Positions 11,751 to 23,300 of a stretch of DNA of 64,000 nt are shown one piece after another. The DNA is from Takakia lepidozioides. Taxonomy: Eukaryota > Plantae > Bryophyta. Within the stretch, counting starts at the first letter, position 1; every line of letters starts with the position of its first letter. The position numbers and the translations under genes are program-made. The stretch lies in assembly GCA_030704615.1 (NCBI GenBank), contig CM060734.1, positions 22,382,001 to 22,446,000 on the forward strand, in the 5' to 3' direction. Below the pieces are notes generated by a model that searched no databases, was not told the origin of the DNA, and saw only the letters and a program-made list of their open reading frames with translations.

Positions 11751-12934
11751 TAAAGCAGACAAATATTAGTTGGGTCAGTAGTAAATGTGTTTAGAGATAA
11801 GCTTCAAGAGTTTACATTTGGCTCAACATCTGGTTTTGCATTTCACATCTAAGATAGGAAATTTGGAGAAGTAACTAACACAAATCTTTCAAAATATATT
11901 ACCTTCAGGGACCTCTACATCATGCACCATAACTTAGAATGAAGACTGCAGCCATGCCCCATTACTAGGCAAGGATATGATGCTACTACCAAAGCAGTCA
12001 TAGAGATGTTCCAAAGGGTTATAGGGTGTGTTCTGTACATGAGACCAGTTATCAGGCACCTCCTGCCCATTGCCATTGGATCCTAAAGGCTGGCTGGATT
12101 GTTATTTTGGAATATATGTGGCAAAAGTAAAGGCATGCATTTTGTGCCTCCTCAAAAATTACACTGCAGGTGCACACAACCTACTATACACACAGTGGAA
12201 TAAAGAGTCTCAGAAGTCTTACTTGCTTATTGACCTTCAACGACATGAAGTGTTGATTGTTCGAGTGCCCAGACACTTTCCTGCTCATTTTGTCTTCTTT
12301 CTTGATGGAAGCCACCCTGCAAAAATGTATAAGACAAGTTGATGCTCAAACATTTGCGAGAATGATTTGGCAGCCATGGTGGCACCTCATTGACCTCAAA
12401 GAACTTCAGTTACTTGAATGCGCACTAGCTCTTATTGTGAATGAGCTGTCCGTCATTCACATCAATATACGAAACGAGGCGATTTGTTTGTTTGTTTTGT
12501 TTGTTTTGTAGCGTTGAGATGTCCCAAACCGCAAGGCCCCAACCCTGGTGCTTGGTACCGTTGGAAAGCCCTCGATGAGGAGGGGTGCACCGGCTTGGTC
12601 TCACGATTTTTGGACCTACGGTGTGGGAGATGTGGAATTCCAAGTACTTTTGGTCTCTGGATTTCACGAAAAAAGAAAAATGGCTTTCCTGGGGACAATG
12701 ATTGGAGCCTCGACATGAGAAATATGGAGGGGTCGCGATGTAGATCGCTCCACAAGTTGCGGTGAGGAGAGTTGGGACTTAGCCATTTTGGGCTGAGTGC
12801 AGCTACGACGTGAGCCCAGGGGTTTAGTGGAGGAAGAAGCAGGCCCTGTACCCGAGTCCTCTGTTTAGAGAGGGTCCTATTGTCGTGGAAGCAGTTATAG
12901 CGCTTAAAAAAAGAGGTATAGAAAGAATGGAATG

Positions 12935-14300
12935 GTCATTGTGAAATTTACTGAGGTTTTCTTATTGAAGAAGAGGTGAAAAAAAAAAGGTTGGGTGAGT
13001 CATCATGAATCTTACTTAGGGATTCTTGCATGAACAAGAGGCAAGAAAAGTTTGGATGCTCATTGTCAAGCTATCTGTCGTTTCCAGTATTTCATCCATG
13101 GTGGATGGATGATGGATGCATGAAATATTGAAGGAGAGGTTAAAAATAATGAGGATGGGCAAGAACAGGCCCCAAAATATGACCCCTCATTGTGAAACAG
13201 ACAATGGTTTTTGTTAATATAAATGAGGTGAAAATTAAACAGATGGTCATCTTCAAGCTTATTTAGGCTTTGTTTGTGAAGATGTGTAACAAAATGAGCG
13301 GTTTATTGTGGAACTTGTTCAGGTTTGTGTTATTGAAGATGAGGTGAAAAAAAAACACATGGTCATTGTGATTGCTTATTTAGGGTGTCTTTGTGAAGAA
13401 GAGGTAAAAAAAAACATTGAGCTATCCTTGTGAAACTTGTTTAGGATTATGTTATTGAAGAAGAGGTGAAAAAAAAAGTTAAGCTCTATCATTGTCAAAC
13501 TTGTTCAGGTTTCTGTTATTGAAGAAGAGGTGAAAAAAAAAATCAGATGGTCATTATGAATGTTTATTTAGGGTTTGTTTGTGAAGAAGAGGTGAAAAAA
13601 ATATTAGATGGTCATCATGAATGCTTATTTAGGGTTTGTTTGTGAAGAAGAGGTGCAAAAAAAACTTGAGCTCTATCATTGTCAAACTTCTTCAGGTTTC
13701 TGTTATTGAAGAAGAGGTGAAAAAAAAACCAGATGGTCATCATGAATGCTTATTTAGGGAATAAATTAGGGATTGGTGAAGAAGAGGTGAAAAAAAAACT
13801 TGAGCTCTACCATTGTCAAACTTCTTCAGGTTTCTGTTATTGAAAAAGAGGTGAAAAAAACCAGATGGTCATCATGAATGCTTATTTAGGGTTTGTTTGT
13901 GAAGAAGAGGTGAAAAAAATTGAGCTCTATCATTGTCAATCTTGTTCAGGTTTCTGTTAATGAAAAAGAGGTGAATAAAAATCAGATGTCATCATGAATA
14001 AATTAGGGTTTGTTTGTGAAGAAGAGGTGAAAAAAAAACTTGAGCTCTATCATTGTCAAACTTCTTCAGGTTTCTGTTATTGAAGAAGAGGTGAAAAAAA
14101 AATCATATGGTCATCATGAATGCTTATTTAGGGTTTGTTTGTATAGAGGACATGGAAAACAAATGAGCTGTCATTGTGAAACTTGTTCAGGTGCCTGTTA
14201 TTCAAGAAGAAGTGGAAAAAAAAACAAATGGTCATCGTGAAGCTCATTTACGCAATGCTTCTGTAGAGGCCGTGAAAAAATAAAATGAGCTTTCATACTG
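12935..14300. repeat. Tandem satellite of about 60-bp units with alternating (about 120-bp dimeric) organisation
   Basis: GAAGAAGAGGTG(A)n core followed alternately by ATGGTCATCATGAATGCTTATTTAGGGTTTGTTTGT or TTGAGCTCTATCATTGTCAAACTTCTTCAGGTTTCTGTTATT. Confidence 0.95.
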
Positions 14301-14574
14301 ACACTTGTCCATGTTTAACAGGCCCTCGAACAAAAAATGGTTTTTTTTTTTTTTTTTTTTTTTTTGGCCCGGGGGCAATATTGGGGGTGGGGGCAGAAGT
14401 GGTGTGCGTTGACGCACTCAATTTTAGAGGCTCGTTAACCAAACCCGATAAAAAAATAAACTACCTTTCATGACAAGACATCGCCTGCTTGTCTAGATTT
14501 AAGAACTGTGTATACATAATCTACAAACAAGGCAGCCCTTTCCGACATTGCGAAAAATCGCAACATATGCAACA

Positions 14575-14874
14575 CTACTCGATATTGCCAATGTCTCGCT
14601 GTAAAAGTGTCTGTACCTCACCAGGACCTAGTGTGGCCTGGTGAATGATTTGGTCTCTTTTGGGATCACAATACATCATGCGCAAAAAGATGTAGTAAAG
14701 ATGCTTGCAGGGAACCCATTTTCCTCTCTTTCCTAGAGCTTCCTCACGCATGCACACGAAGTCGGGAGAGGTACACCCCGGAAAATTTCCCACCGTCACC
14801 TGATAGGCCCTGTCGTGCAAAATAGACCCAGGACTGCTTGAAAGGCAATCAGACAGACTGTATGATCTGAACAA
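14575..14874 (-). CDS. SWIM zinc-finger domain, paralog of the MULE transposase C-terminus
   Basis: YQVTVGNFPGCTSPDF...VPCKHLYYIF...CDPKRDQIIHQATL matches the 30590-30831 (+) translation. Confidence 0.6.
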   Translation of the reverse strand: MFRSYSLSDCLSSSPGSILHDRAYQVTVGNFPGCTSPDFVCMREEALGKRGKWVPCKHLYYIFLRMMYCDPKRDQIIHQATLGPGEVQTLLQRDIGNIE

Positions 14875-17462
14875 CAGTGAATGACGATACCGTCAGTCAC
14901 CCACTCATTGTGCGGTAAACCCTTAACAGAGGAGTAGAAAGCAAATCACCGTTGTTTCATGGTGATGGTCGGTAGCGACAATCCATTTCTGGGACATTCC
15001 ACTCAATCTCTACACAGATCTTCAACAATGAAATGTAAGTTAGAGAAAACTTACTGGCGCCCTTGAAATTGGATCCCCTTCTGCAGCTTTCCCCTTCCCT
15101 CTCACATCTGCTGGAATTTATGTCTGCTCTAGGGTTTCTGGACCTTCTCCCGGTTTAGCGTTCCTCATACTTCCACCTCCTTCAGTTTCCCTGCGAGTCA
15201 TCTCGGCATCCACAGGCTGGTTTCCAACGCGCAATGTTATCGCCGACTGTGTCACAGCCACTGCCTCAGTCTCGGTCTGCTCTTGTGAATCAATCTCCGC
15301 GTTCCTCGGCCCTGTGTTCTCCAACAAACGACGCCTCGTCATTTGCTCTTTTGCTCTGCGTCTCTCTCTAAGGGAAGTAAAATAAAGAGACTTTATTCTC
15401 TTTCGTATTGTAGAAGGAACCCTCTCCAGCTTGACTACCACTCTCCCTCTAAGCGCGAAAAGTAGAAAAACGAAGTGACTCCCGATTTCTTGCGGGATTG
15501 CGTGCGTTGTTGCTTGTCTCTAGAAGCATCGGATTCCCTCTCGCGTAACCGTTACACGTAGTCGTTCCCTTAATAGTGCACATGCCAGCAATTAGTGTAT
15601 AGCTGTTCGTATTCAATTATCGATGTCTGACGTGTGTCGCCCAAAATAAACGGCGTGTTCTTTATTAGAATGGTTTCAATATTTAAAAATAACAACGAAT
15701 CCCAGAAATCTTGGCGCACAGTCTTAGACAAATATATGTAAATGAACAAGAGTTTGATAACAAATTTTGGGATATCATACACATTCATCCTTGTTAGCCA
15801 ACCCCACGTTCGTTTCACATTTTGAACTTTCCAGGTACGCATGATCATTGGTAGTAGTATAAAGATACATTTACTTAATCTGCAATCCCACCCTCAGATC
15901 CTGTGGCATGCTTCCAGGAAGTCGGCTTGTTATTGAGTTTATTGATGAGGTTTTGATTAACGGTTTAATAGCTGCCGACATTGCTCCTAGGGATACTCTG
16001 ACCACTGGGCCCACAAGAAAAGTAATTAAAATGGACGGCTGCATATCTGGAAGGAATAACAGAATATGCACAGTCGTCGTCTGAGCTTCCTCCGCCATAT
16101 TCTCTGCTCATTCTTCAACTGTGTTCTGGAGACATCAGTAAACCGATTTACACTGAAGGTCTGTGATAGCAAGGTATCAACGTACGCGAGGAAGGAAGAT
16201 GGCTTCCTTTGAAGCGGAGTTCTTCTCTGACGACAAACCAGTGCCGTTCTCCCAGGAAGTCCTTGACAATGGATTTGCAATTGTTCTGGAACATGTCTTG
16301 GCTACCCGTTTTCAGCTTCAGAATGGCTCCATCTTTTTGGAGAAAGAGGTGTACGATTTGAAAGGGAAGTTGTTGAAATACTCTTTCCAAAACCGTGATA
16401 AGACGGCTCATGTCAGCCAGTGGAGAGTGCGCCCTGGTCGATACAGAGTACTTGGAGAGCCTCGACGAAAGTCCCTTGGGTCATATGTGACGCCCAGGAC
16501 TGCTGCTTCGGTCGTTGAAGACAAGAGGGAGGTGGTGGTGAAAAAAGAACAGACGTCCTCCACTCCAATCGTTGAGCTTTCGGATTCGTCCGATGATGAC
16601 ATAAGTGAAATTCCAAATCCAGTCCTTCCTATTGTGGTTGGAGAAGCTGATGAAGAAGAGATTTGTAGTGTCATTCCAAAACTACAGGCGATGGGAGGAA
16701 TGGCTGGATTCAAAAGTGAGTTGCGAGGAATTGATTAGGAATCTTTGAAGCAGGTGCTTGTGAAGTTCTTGCCAGAGACTTTTGATGGCGATATCCTATT
16801 CGAGCTGCCTCCTCCTCCGCGAGTTGGAGGTATAACAATCATGATGCATGGAATGGACAAGAAACACGACGGGCACCCGTGGTGCAGAACAAAAACATCC
16901 AATATTCAGAATGATGACAAGCTTGTTTTCAGGAGAACAGTTTGCAATGGACACCTTAGGTGTGATAATTTGAATTGCAGACACTTTCTTCAGTCTGGGG
17001 TTCATAATCAAAGCGAATGGGAGGGTCTGGCGGAAAATCCATTTCAGCCTGGGACTGCCCCACCACCGGCAAACACTTTCGTCTGCAAATTCTGCAAACT
17101 TGTGCCATCCTGCTTGGCGCTCTGCGGAGCAAGAATGTACTATGTTGTCCACCGTTTGAAAACAATGACAAGAGCTTGTGTGCATTTCGGATTCCATAAC
17201 CATCCTGTCTCGAAGGGGGATTACAGGGAGAGTGTTGAGACAGTATCGAGGTTGATGAAACAGGAGTTTGGGAGAAACCCATCCGCAACAACATCTACAA
17301 TTGCTCTTGGCGCAAGCAAGTCCTTCTTGGAAAGCCATATTTTGAGTGAAGGGGATTCTGTGGGGACTAAACTTGACGGTGCAGCATTGGACCTGGTCAT
17401 GGATCATTTCTCCACTTTGAGTTCACCTAACATTCGGCATCAGAGCAATGCATTAAGAATGG

Positions 17463-17789
17463 TGTCAAGTTATTTTACCACTAGTGTGAAACTAGCTAGG
17501 AAATAGCTATCTTTTACATATTGACATTTGGGATTGGCCCAAGTGTCAATCCAGGCGTCAAGGCAGATTTAGGCCCTGGAGTGGTTATCTTCACGGCAAG
17601 CGCGGGAGGCTCATCTTTCTTGAGTTGAGCCTCACCGCGCCTAGCTATGGCGCCGTAGTGTGGATTCCCCATGGCGTGGGGTGCACTTGGCTTGACTTGT
17701 ATTTGAGTGATGAGGTTATATATGCATGAGTTTATGCTTCAGCTTTGTGAGCTCGCATGAGCTCGTGCTTGTATTCTTCTTCTTTATCA
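17463..17789 (+). repeat. Terminal repeat A1
   Basis: Near-identical to 28085-28410 and 58250-58576; TG...CA ends. Confidence 0.95.
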
Positions 17790-17805
17790 CTCGAGAAAGA
17801 TGAGC
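17789..17805 (+). other. Putative self-priming primer binding site
   Basis: ACTCGAGAAAGATGAGC begins at the last base of A1 and is complementary to GCTCATCTTTCT(C/T)GAGT at 17609-17625; there is no TGG tRNA-type PBS. Confidence 0.6.
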
Positions 17806-19329
17806 TCGTATCTATGAGTGCTAGATACGAGTTAGTTGTAGCACTTGTGGTTTTTGCTTGAGAATGAGAGAAACCAAGTTGTTATGCAAGGAGCACCGTG
17901 GAGCTCTTGGTTGTTAGAAGCGGAGGCGATGTGGGTTACGAGGTGGTAAACCTTGGCATTCGATCTTCAGCTTCAGAGATGAAAGCACCATACTGTAGGT
18001 AATTCCAGAGCACCTTGATGGTTTCAGATTGTGTACATGCATGAGCAAGCACGATTGGGAAGAGGACCAGTCAAGAGCAGGTTATAGTGGCTTTGGTGGC
18101 AAAGCTGAGAACTGGACTTGGGAATGCGAGCTGTCATTGTGTGAAGGATTGCAAGACCAAGCGAAAGGGCTGATTTGGCTTGGGGCAAATCAGTGCACTT
18201 TGTGGAGTATGGTGAGATGGGTTTTTCAATCTCGAGCTTCAGCATTGAGAGGGCTCTTGTCATGGCAGAGCAGCAGGGCTGGAACAGGAGCTAAGAGGTG
18301 CGGCAAGGCATGGAATGTGCACCTAGGGTTTCAGAGCTTGGAAGAAGAGCTCTTGCACCACAAGAGAAGTGTCTTGTGGCTGGAAATGTAAGCCTTAGGG
18401 TTTCAGGAGCTTGGCAAAGGCTATGGAGTGCTTAGTCTTGTCTTAGAGAGCATCAAGGAGCCAAGGAGCCAAGATAGGGGGCTGATATCTCTTGTGTGAA
18501 GAGGTTGCATGTGTGGAGCATGTATTCAACTCATTGAAGCTTCCATCTTCAAGCTTGGAGGGCAAGCAAGGAAGTGGGAAGGGCTAACTTCCCTTATGTG
18601 AGGGCAATGCATGTGTGGAGCATGCTATCAGCCTGGTGAAGGCTTGCACTTTTAGGTGTGGGAGTGCAAGGAATGAAGGAAGGGGCTGGTTTCCCTGTAG
18701 GGCATGTAGAGCATGCTTTCAGCCTGCTGAAGCTTGTATTTTTCAGGTTTGTGGGTGCAAGAAATGAAGCAAAGGAGCTGATTCTCTTATGGTGAGAGTG
18801 GGGCATTTGTGGAGCATGCCTTCAGCCCATTGAGGCTCTTGTTTTCAAGCCTTAGAGAGCTAGAACGGAAGGTCTAGGGCTGGTTTCTACTTGGAGTGAA
18901 AGAACAGCACTTGTAGGGCCTATGTGAGTTGGGGTTTCAACTTCAAGCTTGAAGGAGCGCAACTCTTGAAGCAACAGGTGTAGAGGGCTGGAATAGGCTC
19001 TAAGACAGATGCTATGGCCAATGAGGGGAGTGCTTGAATGAGTGCTCACAAGGGCTGGGGAACCAGCAGGGCTTGGTTGTTTGCCATTGAGTTTAGTGGC
19101 GTGTTTTGGGAGGCTAAGTGAGAAAGAAGGCTTGGTTTGTGGCACCACCTCATGGCTTAGGGCTACTATGGTGGTGTGTGGGAGCCGAAAGAGCAAGGAT
19201 ACCTTGCTGATTCCTTCCTCACAGCCACCATAGCTCGGTGGAAAGAACCTAGAGTCCAAGAGACAAACCCTAGCTTTGGCGTGGCTAAACCCTTGGAGAA
19301 ATGGCTAAACTGCCAGAGAACAGGCCATG

Positions 19330-20170
19330 TGTGGGGGCTGTGACAGGCTGTGGCAAGCTGGACGGGCTGTGACGGGCTGTGTCAGGCTGTGGCGAGCTGT
19401 GACGGGGCCGTGCCGAGGCCTTTGAGGCTGTATGGGCTTGACAGGCTGTGCCCTGTGCCCTGTGTACTGTGACGGGCTGTGTCAGGCTGTGGGCTGTGAA
19501 GGGCTGTGTGCTGCCCTGTGACGGGCCTGTGGTGTGGGCCTGCCTGTGCCTTTGGGCTGTGATGTGAGGGCTGTGTGCCTGAGGCCTTAGGCTGTGACGG
19601 GCTGTGAGGCAGGCTGTGAAGGCTGTGCTGACAGGCTGTGCCCTGGGGGGTGGGGCTGTGAGGGGCTGTGACAGGCCGTGCCCATGGCCTTTGGGGCTGT
19701 GACGGCTGGCAGGCCGTGCCTGAGGCCTTTGTGGGGGGCTGTGACGGGCTGTGAACTGAGGGCTGCTGTGAAGAAGAGGGCTGTGACAGGCCGTGCCTGA
19801 GGCCTTTGAGGCTGTGGGGCTGTGATGGGCTGTGACAGGCTGTGACGGGCTGTGGGGTGCCTGGCCATGTGACAGGCCTGTGTGTGACCTGTGACTAGGC
19901 CTGTGGGCTGCCTTTGGGCTGTGAGGGCTGTGAGGGCTGTGACAGGCCGTGCCTGAGGCCTTTGGGGCTGCTGTGAGGGGCTGTGATGGGGTGTGACGGG
20001 CTGTGATGTGACAGGCTGTGCCTGTTTGTGTGACTGTGAGGGCTGTGACAGGCAGGCTGTGACCTGTGAGGGGCTGTGATGTGCTGGCCTGTGGGACTGT
20101 GCTGTGACCAGTGAGCTGTGTGGGCCTGTGCTGGTCTGTGGTTGTTGACCTGTGGATGGCCTGTGCTGAC
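19330..20170. repeat. Low-complexity (GGCTGTGAC)n-type array in the retrotransposon leader
   Basis: Dozens of GGCTGTG/GGCTGTGACG variants; a shorter remnant lies at 60105-60222 in copy 2. Confidence 0.95.
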
Positions 20171-20369
20171 TCTGGAGGCACTGGTTAACTGGCATGTGGT
20201 CTGGAAGGCCGAATTTTGAAGCTCGTGGAGGGCGGTTTGAGGAGTATCTTCATGATATTCCCATGGTCATGCAAGTTCAGGTGTAGGCTATGTTAGGAAC
20301 TTAGTATTCCAAACCATAAGCCGCAACAGGTTCTCTACCCGGTTACCTTGTGGAGAGGGGGTTAGGGAC

Positions 20370-23300
20370 ATGTTCATGACCGTTGAGTCAACACGGAGGT
20401 GCCACTAGTTGCTGGGGACAGTGCCGGTTCGAGCACTAGCGATACTAGTGGGTACACGAGACGAGGTGTGCGGTTTAGGCCACCTTCACCTCCTGTGTCT
20501 TCTACGGAAGGTTCTGATTCGGATTGTGAATCAGGAGGACTCATACCGGCGGTGCAAGTTGTTTCTTTGCCATTGTTGTGGGACACAATGGAGGAGATGT
20601 ATGGAGCTACCAAGGGGCCACGAGGTACTCTGGGCGGTGGGCACCATCGAGTTGGATGATTTTATCCAAGAGTTTGATAGTTGGTGTGATTTGCAGCAAA
20701 TGCGCAATCCACAACTATTTACGCCTTCATGGCATGGAAAGGGCTGTTTCAGCACCTTGAGGGCCCGCCTATGGATGATTACCATGAGTTCAGGCGGGGG
20801 CATGAGGTTGAGATCGAGGAGTGGAGGATGTACTGGTCACCCGACTATGTCTCCATCACTAGGGGCACTAGAGCCACGAGGGCAGTGGCTACACCTGCCG
20901 CTGCACCGCAGCTTCAGCAAGTAGCAGTGGGACTGGTGGTACAGTAGCTACGTCCACCCAAGCCACTACCGCACCAGCACTAGCACCCGTGCCTGCCTTC
21001 AACCCTGTTTGTGGAGTTCTTCGAAGAGTTGAGAGGGAACTACCAAGGGGTGAGGACAGAGAAGTTGCGGAGCTTGCAAGAGTTCCAACGGAAGCCGACC
21101 GAGAGCTTGAGGGAGGCTTTCACTCGCATGAGGCGCTTGATAAATGTAACCCAAGGGTTACGGAAGCTCAGGCAGTCCAATTCTGGTATGGGATATTGGA
21201 CAAGGAGCTGAGGAGAAGGGTGCGGGATGCAACTCTCCTACAAGCGGCCCAACCCACCTTAGCAAATGTGTTTTTGCTGGCAGAGCGGATAGAGCTCAAC
21301 ATGGTGGAGGAACGAGTGGTCATGGTGGGATTTGCTAAGGAGACACCACGGGGTAGTGGTGCTCCTAGCCAACCACTACCTCAACGTGCTCAAGGCAACA
21401 AGGGGCTCAGGTGAAGCTCAGGGAAGGGCAGAGAGACCTCAGATGCAGGGGTCTCTCCCTTCATTTGCTGGCCAACAACGGGCGGATGTGGTGTGCTGGA
21501 CATGTGGAGGACCCCATGTCAGAAGGATTGCCAGAGGGAGGCAAAGGGCCGGCACATGCACAGCCTGCACAGTTGCAGTGTGGGCATTGTGGCAAACACG
21601 GGCATGGAGAGGCCAGTGTTATGGTTTGCATCCTGAGTTGCGCCCAGGCCAGTTCCAAGGGAACAATGGTGGCCGGGGCGAGGTGGAGCAGCCCAGAGAG
21701 GACGAGGTGGCCAGCCACGAGGTGCAGGCCAAGGGCAAGCTCAACGTGGCCAAGGACGCGGAGGTCAGGTGTTGACCAAGGCATGGCCAACCGGCTTCAG
21801 CAGCTAGAGCAGAGGCTCGCTGCCATGGCTACAGCTCAGGTGGTACCGGCTCTAAGGCCGGATGGTCCACCTCCTGCTCCTGAGGGAGGAGATATGGGAG
21901 GCATGGGATTCATGTGTGGAGCAGCACTACCACTAGTGCAGGTGGAGTCTGCTGCAGCCGTGACTCGAGGAGCAGCACGAGTTCCTGAGCCACGGGTGCA
22001 GAGGTGGAGTTGGATCCACAGCGTGGGGAGGCAAGCCGTCAGGCTAGGCTTCCTCAGTCATTCACATTGGCGGAGACAGTGTCGACGCCATCCATGGCAC
22101 CTAGTTCTCGCCCGACTGTTACCGAGCGGAGGTTACTATGCCATTGGGGAGAGCTACACGGGTAGCACCACTACCTAGTGTTGCCAAGGCTACGGCAGCT
22201 AGTGTGCTGCTAGGAGCGGCCACATCTGTGTGCCAGGCTCATTGTTCTCGACCATGATTGCGACGCCGGGGGTAAGACCAGCTGAGGTGTTCAGGCTGGC
22301 AGCTACACTCTGAGAGTGGGGAGGTTACTTCATCTTCTGCGGAGATAGTGGGGTGTAGTGCCGGAGGGATCCTCGGATTTGAGGGTCAAGACTGCCACGG
22401 CGGCGCCATGGCAAGCTGCAGCTGCCAGGTTGATGGAGCTGCCAGCTAGGCCAGCCATTGAGCGCGCCATGGTGACACCTGGAGTTGTCATGTTAGACAA
22501 CCAGGATGGCATTTTCTGTTTGAGTGGACCGGCAGGCAAGAGGTACCGGCCACTGCGAGTCTTGTTGGACTCGGGAGCTCAGCCACTGATGCTGGGCAGA
22601 GCTGCTATTGCAGGCTTGGGCCTCACGGAGGCGGATATGGAGCCTTGTCCTTTCCAGATACAGACGTCTCTGGGAGGATCGGAGCAGGCTCGGGGCATGA
22701 CACGGCTGAGTTGGCTATCAGACTACGGCCGGATCACCCTACAGATGGCTCAGTGATGCGAGCCAAGGCCATTGTGACAGACGCAGTCTCATACGATGTC
22801 CTGGTTGGTGGGGCAGTGTTGTACCCCATGGGCTTCACCCTGGATTTTTGGGAGGAGTCAGCTTCCTATAGGCCTGCATGGCAGTCAGGGAGGGCCGGCG
22901 TGTGCAGCTCCCTGTGACGTTCATAGGAGGAGTTGCGGTTGCCCAGCGAGGCAAGATGCCGACACTAGCAGCATTCACAGCGGCAGTGAGTTGGCCTAGA
23001 GAGTTGCTTGAGGGCAATGCTCATTCAGAGGATGTACCACCTCCGGGAGAGCAGGATGACATGTATGGTATGGCGGAGTTGCCTACCATGGTTGCTCAGA
23101 CTCCATTGTGGGGCACGAGCAAGGATTTGCAGCGGGATGCTGATCGACGGGTGCAACAAGCCCTGGGTGGAGGCTTTTGTACCGTCAGGAGAGGAGGAGA
23201 GTGTGGGGATTGCACCAGGACCACCTCAATTGTCTCCATTGGACACCACACCTATTGTGTGGCAGTCTCCGGATGAAGGCATTTGTCTTCTGGACTTGTT

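Noticed and set aside
19285-20195. Antisense ORFs of 298 and 202 aa in the retrotransposon leader
   Set aside because: They are a by-product of the stop-poor GGCTGTG array, are open in more than one frame, and are largely deleted in copy 2.
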